Part shown: positions 16,460 through 24,884 of the stretch, in pieces
How the letters are laid out: the number at the start of each line of letters is the position of its first letter
Position numbering within the stretch: position 1 is the first letter of the stretch
Assembly (NCBI RefSeq): GCF_900083515.1
Contig: NZ_LT671858.1
Coordinates: forward strand, 780,001-812,000
Length of the DNA stretch: 32,000 bases
Origin: Cuniculiplasma divulgatum
GTDB lineage: Archaea > Thermoplasmatota > Thermoplasmata > Thermoplasmatales > Thermoplasmataceae
Direction of reading: 5' to 3'
The notes under the pieces: generated by a model
Told to the model about the DNA's origin: nothing
Databases searched by the model: none
Seen by the model: the letters and a program-made list of their open reading frames with translations, nothing else
Translations under genes and position numbers: made by a program

Positions 16460-17442
16460 TGTATCACTTCATGTATTTTCTTAACCAGTATTCTAACATT
16501 CTCAGGATTTGTTTCAGGTAATATACCATGACCCAGGTTAAATATAAACTTCTTATGATCTCTCATTTCACTGATAATTTTAATACTTCTTTCTATTGAT
16601 CTGTCCAGAGATAATGATAGTATTGTTGGGTCAAGATTCCCCTGTAATCCTATGTTTCCATAATTTTCAGAAATTTCCTTTAGGGAACATTTCCAGTCAA
16701 GACTGAGAAAGTCTGCATTAGCCATTTTAACCGACTCAAGCATTCCTGACGTTCCTGTAGAAAAGTATATGGATTTGGCACCCTTATTCCTGATTTCCTC
16801 TGTTATCTTACTAACTGTATTTTTAATAATCATGTCTACATAATCACTATCGAGAAAACCGAGCCAGCTATCAAATATCTGTATAACTTCAGCTCCCGCT
16901 TCTATTTGAGATAGAGCATCCCTGATAACAATTTCTGTTATTTCATTAAGTAATTCTAAGAGTTCATTCTCTCTCTTTATTAGTTCAGTCTTCGTGTGCT
17001 TAAGTTCTCTGTCAGGACCTTTGGATACTATATAGGAAGCAAGAGTCAAAGGACCACCAATAAATCCGATTACAGGCGTCGAACTGTAATTATTAACAAA
17101 ATGTCTTATGGCATTTGCAGAATTTGAAATAAAGGTGTCCGTTTTACCATTATATTTTTCTGGAACTGGACCAACATTTTCTATATATCTTATTTTATAA
17201 CCCAAGTTTTCCAGTGGAGTCATTATGTCGGAAAATATTATAGCTGCATCAGTTTCCAAATAGGAAGCTGCCTCATAGGCAATTTTAGAGGATATGTCGG
17301 GAAGGTGACAGATTTGTTCCATCGTATATATTTTTCTTAACTGGCGATAGGATTCCATATATCTGCCGGCCTGCCTCATAAACCATACCGGAGTATGATC
17401 ATGTTCTTTTCCCTCAAGGGCTAATTTAAAAGGATTAACCAT
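16456..17442 (-). CDS. hemE: Uroporphyrinogen decarboxylase
   Basis: The signature PVWFMRQAGRYM is present, along with IQIFDSW and NLGHGILPETNPENV. It is 328 aa. Its start abuts the asnS stop with zero spacing. Confidence 0.88.
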   Translation of the reverse strand: MVNPFKLALEGKEHDHTPVWFMRQAGRYMESYRQLRKIYTMEQICHLPDISSKIAYEAASYLETDAAIIFSDIMTPLENLGYKIRYIENVGPVPEKYNGKTDTFISNSANAIRHFVNNYSSTPVIGFIGGPLTLASYIVSKGPDRELKHTKTELIKRENELLELLNEITEIVIRDALSQIEAGAEVIQIFDSWLGFLDSDYVDMIIKNTVSKITEEIRNKGAKSIYFSTGTSGMLESVKMANADFLSLDWKCSLKEISENYGNIGLQGNLDPTILSLSLDRSIERSIKIISEMRDHKKFIFNLGHGILPETNPENVRILVKKIHEVIQ

Positions 17443-18732
17443 TTATGGTCTCAGTCTTCTTATTGTTCTGGGATAGGCGATAGCACCAGTAATCTTGTCC
17501 AGATGCATTATCCACATTGCTAATCTATCCATTCCTAATCCAAAGCCCGAGTGAGGAACGCTGCCATATTTTCTGAGGTCAAGATACCAGTAGTAATCCT
17601 CCTCTTTCAGCCCATTATCGTTTATCCTTTTTTTAAGTAAATCATAATCCCATATTCTTTCTCCACCACCAAGAATCTCACCGTATCCCTCAGGTGCAAG
17701 AAGATCATGACATAAGATTTCATCAGGTTTTGCAGGATTTGGCTGATGATAAAATGTCTTTAATGACGCAGGAAAATCAGTGACAAATATAGGAGTCTTG
17801 AAGTTTGACATTATCTGTCTTTCCTCATCTGCCCCCAGATCATCTCCATATTTCAAGGGCATACCAAGCGATTCAGACATTTCTATTAATTCTCTGTATG
17901 GAATCCTTCTGAAGGGTTTCATACTTTCCTTAAGTGTCTCTATATCCCTTCCAAGTATTTTCAACTCTTCGCTGTTTTCCTCTATTGTCTTCTTTACAAT
18001 AAAATGAAGCATCTTTTCCTCTATGTCCATCATCTGTTGATTGTTTATCCAGGCAACTTCGCCCTCTGCATGCCAGTATTCAGTTAAATGTCTCCATGTC
18101 CTGCTCTTTTCGGCCCTGAAACTGGGAGTTATTGTATACACTTTTTCCAATGAAAAAATGAATGTTTCAAGATAAAATTGAGAACTCTGGGTCAGATATG
18201 CCTTCTCCCCAAAGAATGGTACACTGAAAAGGGTAGAACCACCTTCAGTTGCTGTAGATACCATAATGGGCGGCTGAACTTCATAATATCCATCATTATC
18301 ATAGAATTCTCTGAATGCCTTAAAAATAGTGGATCTGATCTTCAGGATCGCATTAAATTCCCTGCTTCTGATCCAAAGATGCCTGTTATCCAGTTCAAAT
18401 TCTTCTGAGATATCCTTCGAAACTGGAAAACTGTCATTTCTCTGATAAATGGTGAACGATTTTATGTTCATTTCATATCCAGTAACCGCTCTCTCATCCT
18501 TCTTTAATTCTCCACTGAAACTTACACTGCTTTCTATGGTAAGTGAGGAAATAATCTTGAAGTCAGTTTCGTTGAAATTGTCTGATTTGGCTACGCATTG
18601 AATAATACTTGAAGCGTCTCTCAGGATAACAAAAACCAATTTACCTGATGTTCTAATTCTATAGACCCATCCCCTTATGTTGAATTCTTTACCTGTGGAT
18701 GAATCGTTCAGAATGGAGGATATCTGTTCCAT
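17443..18732 (-). CDS. asnS: Asparaginyl-tRNA synthetase
   Basis: Class IIb layout: an OB fold ([21 protein letters not shown]), motif 2 ([21 protein letters not shown]) and a C-terminal block. That block, [27 protein letters not shown]...PRTIRRLRP, matches AsnRS rather than AspRS. Confidence 0.85.
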   Translation of the reverse strand: MEQISSILNDSSTGKEFNIRGWVYRIRTSGKLVFVILRDASSIIQCVAKSDNFNETDFKIISSLTIESSVSFSGELKKDERAVTGYEMNIKSFTIYQRNDSFPVSKDISEEFELDNRHLWIRSREFNAILKIRSTIFKAFREFYDNDGYYEVQPPIMVSTATEGGSTLFSVPFFGEKAYLTQSSQFYLETFIFSLEKVYTITPSFRAEKSRTWRHLTEYWHAEGEVAWINNQQMMDIEEKMLHFIVKKTIEENSEELKILGRDIETLKESMKPFRRIPYRELIEMSESLGMPLKYGDDLGADEERQIMSNFKTPIFVTDFPASLKTFYHQPNPAKPDEILCHDLLAPEGYGEILGGGERIWDYDLLKKRINDNGLKEEDYYWYLDLRKYGSVPHSGFGLGMDRLAMWIMHLDKITGAIAYPRTIRRLRP

Positions 18733-18746
18733 GAAACCAGATTAAT

Positions 18747-19253
18747 TCAGGCAATATATATTTGTTCGAAATAGTCAAGCAATTTAGGGTTAAATAAAAT
18801 AGGATAAGAAACACCGAGAATAATCTCATCTCTTACCATTTCTGTGTTCTTCTCGAGTAATCTTACATTTCTGTTTAAAACACTTTCCGAAACTTTAAAC
18901 TGACCCATTTGCCATTTAACCTGAGATACCAGTATACCTATTATTTCCTGAAGAATCATCTTATCCATTCCTGTAGATTTCTTCCAGTAGTGTTCCATTA
19001 TTTCATGTAATTCCCAAAAGCGTTCGTCCCTGTTCATTAATATAAATTTCTCAACTGAAAAATTGCTGTAAAAATTTTCATGATCATAAATTTCTGCATT
19101 AAATCTGAATTTCTCATTATATAAAGTAGGGATATTTTCGTCAGGATTCATGTCATAGAAGTCAAGCTCCACACCATAAGTGGTTTTCCTGGTTATATGT
19201 TTTAATTTCAGGTTTTCTGGAGAACTTCCATAATATCCTATTATAATTCTCAT
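18747..19253 (-). CDS. Uncharacterised protein with a C-terminal DUF309-like helical domain
   Basis: FILMNRDERFWELHEIMEHYWKKSTGMDKMILQEIIGILVSQVKWQMGQ resembles the DUF309 consensus (..aHEvlEelW..., lqGlIq...). I do not recognise the N-terminal ~65 aa. The ATG lies 1 nt after the upstream stop (TGAAATG). Confidence 0.55.
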   Translation of the reverse strand: MRIIIGYYGSSPENLKLKHITRKTTYGVELDFYDMNPDENIPTLYNEKFRFNAEIYDHENFYSNFSVEKFILMNRDERFWELHEIMEHYWKKSTGMDKMILQEIIGILVSQVKWQMGQFKVSESVLNRNVRLLEKNTEMVRDEIILGVSYPILFNPKLLDYFEQIYIA

Positions 19254-19254
19254 T

Positions 19255-19854
19255 TCAAAGAGAGTTTCCTAGATTTCTGGACCTATATCTTTCAACAAGC
19301 TTCTCTGGTATTCCTTTTACCACAAGCGAATTCCAGTCATCAATTACATCTCTTTCAATTGCCAAGGAAATTAACGAATCGGTGGGAATATAATATGTGT
19401 GTGGTGCATAGGAAGTTCCAAGTAGCCATGGCGGGTAATTGAAATATCCTCTGAATTTTCCCGGGATAACGGGTAGTAAAACATCTGAAAGAATGGAAGC
19501 TACCTTTTCGTTATAGTACCAGTAATTAATCTGCGTTTCTCTGAACTTTATGCTTGGGACATACATTTTCCACTTTAGCCCATAAATGAAAATCTCTCCT
19601 TTATAGATAGATGATCCTCCAAATTCATCATAGACTGTCTGGGGCGGTTCTTCCTCAACTCCAGATTCAATATTTACAATTCTTACAGGTGTCCCCTTGA
19701 ACATGCTGAGCCTTCTGTGGATAGAATTCTCTATCCATTCCCGTTCATCCTCTGTTATCGTATTATCATTCCCTACCTGATCAAGTAGATCTATTAAATC
19801 CTCAACCGTCCCATTTAGGACAAGTTTTTGATAATACTCAGATTTTACTGCCAT
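19255..19854 (-). CDS. Hypothetical protein (Cys-free, aromatic-rich, no recognisable family)
   Basis: The ORF is open from GTG 19869. I prefer the ATG at 19854 (MAVKSEYY...) because it is preceded by an SD-like GGTGGAAGG. The protein has a helical N-terminus, then a beta-looking Y/W-rich region (FIYGLKWKMYVP, INYWYYNEK, FRGYFNYPPWLLGTSYAPHTYY). Confidence 0.5.
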   Translation of the reverse strand: MAVKSEYYQKLVLNGTVEDLIDLLDQVGNDNTITEDEREWIENSIHRRLSMFKGTPVRIVNIESGVEEEPPQTVYDEFGGSSIYKGEIFIYGLKWKMYVPSIKFRETQINYWYYNEKVASILSDVLLPVIPGKFRGYFNYPPWLLGTSYAPHTYYIPTDSLISLAIERDVIDDWNSLVVKGIPEKLVERYRSRNLGNSL

Positions 19855-19884
19855 TTTGATGCCTTCCACCTATCAAGATAATCT

Positions 19885-19895
19885 AAATATATAAC
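19885..19895 (-). promoter_or_regulatory. TATA-box-like element for the 19854 operon
   Basis: The minus strand reads GTTATATATTT about 36 nt upstream of ATG 19854. The AT-rich background makes this weak evidence. Confidence 0.3.
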
Positions 19896-19921
19896 ACTTA
19901 TGGGACAATCAGGAACATAAT

Positions 19922-19935
19922 AATTCTGCAGAATT
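19922..19935. promoter_or_regulatory. Perfect 14-bp palindrome AATTCTGCAGAATT in a divergent promoter region (candidate operator)
   Basis: I read it directly, and it is its own reverse complement. It is flanked by the inverted arms ATAATAAT / ATTATTAT. It lies between the TATA-like elements of the two divergent orphan genes. Confidence 0.35.
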
Positions 19936-20010
19936 CTGGATTATTATATTTGAATTGATTTAACATTTCGATATTATGACTTTGACTTTTGTTATCAAGA
20001 AATTGGAAAA

Positions 20011-20023
20011 CTTTTATAATATT
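20011..20023 (+). promoter_or_regulatory. TATA-box-like element for the 20040 gene
   Basis: CTTTTATAATATT is centred about 24 nt upstream of ATG 20040. This is compatible with an archaeal leaderless or short-leader transcript. Confidence 0.35.
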
Positions 20024-20039
20024 ACATCTATGGGATGAT

Positions 20040-20996
20040 ATGGAATCCAGGGAGCTGATTTCAAAGTATATCCAGGATCTAAAAGAAATAGGCGATAAAA
20101 TTTTCATTGTAAATTCTTCTTACTATAAATCTGGTAATTTTGAAGACAAGGAGATTTTTAAATTCACGCCTTTTGATCTCAATCAAATGGAATTAAATAT
20201 TCCTCTATCGCCACATGAAAACATGAAGGAACTTCTATCAGATATGGGGCATGATTTCCTTATTTCCGAGGGAGTCGAATTCATGAAATTAAAGGATGAT
20301 GAGGATGATGAACAAAATGACAAAAAAAGAACTAATATTCCCACGGTTGACATAAACAGTTTAGGAACAATCGAAGCAATAGATCTTGCTTACAATCTTA
20401 AACTAAAGGAGAGAACAGCGGAAGAAAAAGAGCCTATAGATGTTATTGATCTTTCCTATGAAATCAAGAATGAACTGAGGTTCCCGGATGAATTTTTTAA
20501 CGATTTTCCCTCAAAACTAATGGAATCGCCCTATCTTAATACGATTAAGAACTGCACAAAATATGGTTTTATTCAGGGATTTAGAGTGTATTATAATTTT
20601 TATCAAATTTCAGGTAATTCCATAGTTCCAATTTCCTCTTATCCAGCGGTAATAGCAATGAGCCAGAATATTAATATTGAGGGACTTATGATGTCACTTC
20701 AAAGTAAGTTTAAAAGTTTTTCAGAAACTGAAGAATTTCAGGTTTATAACACCTATAGAATGGTTAGGAATATTAAGAATAAATATCTTATGAGAAAGGG
20801 AAAACCCTCTTCCGTCTCAATATTCACCAAACCGGAACTTGAATGGGCAGAAAGTTCAGGTCTGTTCGAGATAATAGAAGATAAATTACAGCTCAAAGAG
20901 GGTGTGGTACCAGCAGATCTTTCAGATTTGATCAACGAATATGCTATTGGAGCAGAGAGAATTGTTCAAAAGTGGAAAAGTATGAAATTATTTTAA
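20040..20996 (+). CDS. Hypothetical protein with an acidic linker and a duplicated xIDL[AS]Yx[LI]K motif
   Basis: The track start is TTG 19989. I prefer the ATG at 20040 (MESRELISKY...) because the TATA-like CTTTTATAATATT sits about 24 nt upstream. There is an acidic run, KDDEDDEQNDKK. The repeats AIDLAYNLK and VIDLSYEIK are 22 aa apart. I do not recognise the ~170-aa C-terminal domain. Confidence 0.5.
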   Translation: MESRELISKYIQDLKEIGDKIFIVNSSYYKSGNFEDKEIFKFTPFDLNQMELNIPLSPHENMKELLSDMGHDFLISEGVEFMKLKDDEDDEQNDKKRTNIPTVDINSLGTIEAIDLAYNLKLKERTAEEKEPIDVIDLSYEIKNELRFPDEFFNDFPSKLMESPYLNTIKNCTKYGFIQGFRVYYNFYQISGNSIVPISSYPAVIAMSQNINIEGLMMSLQSKFKSFSETEEFQVYNTYRMVRNIKNKYLMRKGKPSSVSIFTKPELEWAESSGLFEIIEDKLQLKEGVVPADLSDLINEYAIGAERIVQKWKSMKLF

Positions 20997-20998
20997 AA

Positions 20999-21502
20999 CT
21001 ATTCTTTCTTATTTATATTTTCATCGATTGTCTTGCCAAACACCTTGCCTACTTCCCTGTATCCTATCTTTTGATAGAAGTTCAGTGCAATAAGGTTCAG
21101 CGCCGGAAATTCTGCCGTAACAACTCCTATATTTCTTTTCCTCATCTCTGCATACAGGTGATCAAGTAATAAATTTCCAACATTCTTCCTCCTCATTTCT
21201 GGCATAATATAAAGATCTATTATCCTTACTTCATAGTTAGGTACATACGAAACTCTCTCCCTGACCTCTGCCTTAATGAGACCGTAAATTTTTTTATTTG
21301 ATACTGCTACAAGGGTGATATTTTTCTTCTTATCCTTTATGCATTCAAGGTAGTAGTTTTTTATTCCACCATGATTCTCTTCATTTGCAGTGAACAGGGA
21401 ATCAAACTCGCCATTCAGTCTCTTCATTCTCAGAATGAGCTCAACAAACTGTTCTATATCACTCTCTTCTGCATTCCGCACTTCAATCTTCATTTCTTTC
21501 AT
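20999..21502 (-). CDS. GNAT-family N-acetyltransferase
   Basis: 167 aa. The motif-A region is LYIMPEMRRKNVGNLLLDHLYAEMRKRNI, followed by NLIALNFYQKIGYRE. It overlaps the malic enzyme stop by 4 nt (ATGA). Confidence 0.75.
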   Translation of the reverse strand: MKEMKIEVRNAEESDIEQFVELILRMKRLNGEFDSLFTANEENHGGIKNYYLECIKDKKKNITLVAVSNKKIYGLIKAEVRERVSYVPNYEVRIIDLYIMPEMRRKNVGNLLLDHLYAEMRKRNIGVVTAEFPALNLIALNFYQKIGYREVGKVFGKTIDENINKKE

Positions 21503-22833
21503 TCATTCACCTCAGGTAATTTTTCTACTATATTCAATTTCATCATTTTTTCAAAATTCTCTCTGTTTAGGGTAATAATCTCACTTGCCGTCTTATAGAA
21601 TCCTTCCTTGCTATTTACCTTTCGCGCAAGTTTTTCCTCAACTGTCGCTCTGGCAACAGAAGAAGCTACTCTTGGATAAAGTTCCCAGTCTCCCATTGTT
21701 GGTACAATATGATCAGGATCTGGATTCTTCACATAATCTGCAATCTCGTAGGCAGCCTTAACCATTATTCTGAAATTTACTCCTCGAGAGCGAGCATCTA
21801 GAACTCCTCTAAATATTCCAGGAAATACAAGGCTGTTATTTATCTGGTTTGGAAAATCGCTTCGACCGGTAGCAACTACTTTTGCACCAGCCGATTTTGC
21901 ATCGTCTGGCCATATCTCAGGTAACGGATTTGCCAAAGCAAATATTGCAGGATCCCTGTTCATTTTCCTAACCCACTCTGGTTTGATAAGACCGGGTTGA
22001 GATTTTGCAGCTGAAACTACTATATCTACTCCCTCCATGGACTCTTCTATATCTCCTTTCCTCCTTTCCTCATTGGTTTTCAATGCCAGCTCGTATTTCC
22101 ATGGATTTGATATCATTATCTTATCAAGATCAGTTCTCTCAGGTTCTAAAATACCCTTCGAATCAACCATTATAATATTTCCCGGTTTAAATCCAGCCTC
22201 TATCATAAGATGTGCAGCAGCAATATTTGCTGCACCTGATCCTATAAGAGATACTGTTGTATCCGGTATTTTCTTACCTGCAATTCTCAGAGAATTAATG
22301 AGACCAGCCAGAATTATGCAGGCTGTCCCAAGCTGGTCATCGTGCCATGCAGGAATGCTTAACTTTTCCTGTAATTCTCTAAGAACAAAGAAACATTTTG
22401 GGCTTTCAATATCCTCTAGATTATACCCACCAAAAGACGGTTCCAATGCCATTGCCACCTTTATAAATTCTTCTCCTGACGAGACTCTCATAGGTAGAGG
22501 CACGGCATTAACTCCCCCGAACAAATTAAAAATCATGGCCTTGCCTTCCATAACAGGCATAGCTGCTTCCGGTCCCACATTCCCAAGACCAAGCACTCTT
22601 GTACCATCAGTAATTATTCCAATGGAGTTCCATCTGCCTGTTAGCTCAAATGATTCGTCCGGGCTCTTGTTAATTACCCTTGATACCTCAGCAACCCCAG
22701 GCGTGTACCAGTATGAAAAATCGTTTACAGAAGAAATAGGAACATTAGGGTAATTTCTTATTTTTCCCTTATAATATCTCGAGTATTCCACAGCGAGTTT
22801 GTTAAATTGCTGTGTTCTCTCTTCATTATTCAT
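21499..22833 (-). CDS. NAD(P)-dependent malic enzyme (small, prokaryotic type)
   Basis: Motifs are YTPGVAEV, GTRVLGLGNVGPEAAMPVMEGKA, EDIESPKCF and the dinucleotide fold LIGSGAANIAAA. It is 444 aa. Confidence 0.88.
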   Translation of the reverse strand: MNNEERTQQFNKLAVEYSRYYKGKIRNYPNVPISSVNDFSYWYTPGVAEVSRVINKSPDESFELTGRWNSIGIITDGTRVLGLGNVGPEAAMPVMEGKAMIFNLFGGVNAVPLPMRVSSGEEFIKVAMALEPSFGGYNLEDIESPKCFFVLRELQEKLSIPAWHDDQLGTACIILAGLINSLRIAGKKIPDTTVSLIGSGAANIAAAHLMIEAGFKPGNIIMVDSKGILEPERTDLDKIMISNPWKYELALKTNEERRKGDIEESMEGVDIVVSAAKSQPGLIKPEWVRKMNRDPAIFALANPLPEIWPDDAKSAGAKVVATGRSDFPNQINNSLVFPGIFRGVLDARSRGVNFRIMVKAAYEIADYVKNPDPDHIVPTMGDWELYPRVASSVARATVEEKLARKVNSKEGFYKTASEIITLNRENFEKMMKLNIVEKLPEVNE

Positions 22834-22881
22834 TCTTTAGCATCGTAAAATTGTTTAAATAGGCTTCGAAATTATAGGATT

Positions 22882-23829
22882 ATGGAGAAAGTAAACAATG
22901 TCAAACTTGATTGGAATTTAATTCTTTCATCGCAGAAAAAAGTATTTCGGGATAAATTTAGGGATTTGAACGCAGATGAAGTTTATGCACCGGTTATAGA
23001 CATGTTGAATAAAAACAGGATACCTTCCAGAGTTATACTGTCAAATGGGAGAATATGTGCATATGGATATATAATGCCACCTCAGGGAATAGACGATAGA
23101 TTGATCTGCTCAATGGGATTTGTAAATAAGGATGAGTCATACATTAAAAAAGGAATTGATATCGTAAATTGGTTTTTAGAAATGGCATCAAAAGAATCAA
23201 GACTTTTGATTATAGATGGTATTTTTAACGGTGAAGAATTTTTCACGAAAATTGAAGAATTGGAATTTACAAGGGCTTACAGGATAAAATTAATCGGAAA
23301 TCTGGACACAATCCTGGAAAGAATAAAAAAGGTATACGAATCAATAAAAACTGGAGAAAATAATTTTATAGAACTTCAAAATGATGAAATTTCCATGGAT
23401 GAAGTGGCAATAGCTCAGACTGACGCCTATGGAGGCACTCCAGATGAATTCTTGCTGATTCAAAAAAATCATAATAATATCACCCCGAAAATTATAAATT
23501 CAGGGTATTATGGAAAAATTTTGTTTACGCCATCCAAAACACTTCATAACGGAGAGATAGTTGGTTCTGTTCAGGTTAGTGATGGTTCATTTGAATTTTT
23601 TAGAATTAATACTCCATTACTGGTTGATCTCTTCATATCTAAAAAGTATCAGGGAAGGGGTTACGGTAGTTATTTACTATATCAGTCATGTAAAAGACTG
23701 AAAACTCTGGGATATAAAGATATTCAGCTTTGGGTAAATGTGGATTCACCGTCATTCAAATTCTATAAAGACTCTGGGTTTGAAGAAGAGGGTGAAGACG
23801 ATCTGATGTATTACAGGGATTTTCGTTAG
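22882..23829 (+). CDS. GNAT-domain protein (C-terminal acetyltransferase domain, N-terminal possibly degenerate second GNAT)
   Basis: The C-terminal LFISKKYQGRGYGSYLLYQSCKRLKTLGYKDIQLWVNVDSPSFKFYKDSGFEEEG is a clear GNAT motif A/B. The N-terminal ~200 aa are unassigned. Confidence 0.62.
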   Translation: MEKVNNVKLDWNLILSSQKKVFRDKFRDLNADEVYAPVIDMLNKNRIPSRVILSNGRICAYGYIMPPQGIDDRLICSMGFVNKDESYIKKGIDIVNWFLEMASKESRLLIIDGIFNGEEFFTKIEELEFTRAYRIKLIGNLDTILERIKKVYESIKTGENNFIELQNDEISMDEVAIAQTDAYGGTPDEFLLIQKNHNNITPKIINSGYYGKILFTPSKTLHNGEIVGSVQVSDGSFEFFRINTPLLVDLFISKKYQGRGYGSYLLYQSCKRLKTLGYKDIQLWVNVDSPSFKFYKDSGFEEEGEDDLMYYRDFR

Positions 23830-23893
23830 GTTATAAAAGTAGAAACTTCTTTAATTAATTTTTAATCTTTGATAATAGAAATAGTAAGTTCAT

Positions 23894-24850
23894 TCAAAGC
23901 AGTGAAATGAGCAAATTAACTGCTATAACACTTAAAGGAATGGAAATATTGTCATCCACAGGATATCTTGATATAGATTCAGCAAAGGTAGCAACCACTG
24001 CTAGAAGAACATAAAGCGGCCCCAGTATGGCGAAAGCAAAGATGGCTGTTGGAATTAACATGAATAAAAAACCTCCTATGCTTTTTTTGTGGTTGTAAAA
24101 AAGTTTTTTTGTTCTCAGGTTTACACCTCCTATAGTAGCCAGTGAATCTCCTATAGCCATTGCAAAAACTCCTATTTCAACAACCCTCCATCTTAATGAC
24201 AGCGCAATGAGGATCATCAGTCCGGCGATGAACCACAGACTGCCGACCCCAGGTTGAACATTATTTCTTTCAAAATGAAGGATCGCCTTAGAAATTCTGG
24301 ATTCTCTTTCCACTGCAGCAACATTAACAAGAACTATACTGATAAGGATTGCAAGCAGGAGACCACCCTCCAGCAGTACTTTTGGTATTAAAATTATGGC
24401 AAAAAGAATAATTATCCCTGAGAAGATCTGAACAACATCTCTTTCAACCTCCGTTCTTTTCTTCTTTCCCCTTTCATTCTCATTGTCCAGATTCATAAGT
24501 CTAACACTGTTGGAGAGAAGCAGTGAAATCGAAATACCCACTCCAAGTGAAAGTGTTTCATGAAGAAGGGGAGAAATACTGAAGTTCAGCGCTCCATCCA
24601 GTACGGTTAAAAATATAAGAATGGCTATGAAAACGTAAGAGTTTCTTGAGTAAAGGGTATTTATAGAGAGAGTACCAAGAACAACAATTGCAAAATCTAT
24701 AGTATCCGGGAAGAAGAGATAGAACAGTAATCCAATGAGAAGGGAAACTATTAGGGAATAATCTGCCAACTTGTATCGAAAAATTCGAAATAGTGTGATA
24801 CTTCCAGCAATTATCACGACATTAAAAAGGAGAAAATCGAAAAATATCAC
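23894..24850 (-). CDS. Polytopic membrane protein, CTP-transferase-1 family (dolichol/polyprenol kinase-like)
   Basis: 318 aa with about 8 TM segments. The C-terminal MAIGDSLATIGGVNLRTKKLFYNHKKSIGGFLFM fits the GDxxAxxxG...K[ST]xEG-type motif of dolichol/phytol kinases and the CdsA family. Confidence 0.5.
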   Translation of the reverse strand: MIFFDFLLFNVVIIAGSITLFRIFRYKLADYSLIVSLLIGLLFYLFFPDTIDFAIVVLGTLSINTLYSRNSYVFIAILIFLTVLDGALNFSISPLLHETLSLGVGISISLLLSNSVRLMNLDNENERGKKKRTEVERDVVQIFSGIIILFAIILIPKVLLEGGLLLAILISIVLVNVAAVERESRISKAILHFERNNVQPGVGSLWFIAGLMILIALSLRWRVVEIGVFAMAIGDSLATIGGVNLRTKKLFYNHKKSIGGFLFMLIPTAIFAFAILGPLYVLLAVVATFAESISRYPVDDNISIPLSVIAVNLLISLL

Positions 24851-24884
24851 GGGATATAATTAATTACTAATATAAAAAAATTGG

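Noticed and set aside
19921-19940. The adjacent PstI and EcoRI sites (TAATTCTGCAGAATTCTGG) might be cloning-vector polylinker contamination.
   Set aside because: Only about 15 bp resemble a polylinker. The flanks are native AT-rich intergenic sequence, continuous with intact genes on both sides.
19989-20039. The TTG start at 19989 for the orphan plus-strand gene, and the GTG start at 19869 for the minus-strand orphan.
   Set aside because: The TATA-like element at 20011-20023 would lie inside the 19989 ORF. ATG 20040 is correctly spaced from that element. For the minus-strand gene, ATG 19854 is preceded by an SD-like GGTGGAAGG. Neither rejection is proven.
20970-20996. The C-terminal tail QKWKSMKLF of the orphan protein might be a PCNA-interacting (PIP) box.
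   Set aside because: It does not fit QxxLxxFF register: position +3 is Lys and there is only one terminal aromatic residue. By contrast, the FEN-1 tail QSSLDSFF is canonical.
22037-22753. A 238-aa ORF lies antisense to the malic enzyme. Similar ORFs are 27497-27961 (antisense to ftsZ), 3645-3998 (antisense to tyrS), 13291-13599 and 30865-31068.
   Set aside because: These are shadow ORFs on the strand opposite genes with strong family motifs. They are Ser/Leu/Pro/Ile-rich and low in complexity, with no motifs. This is typical of antisense frames in AT-rich coding DNA.
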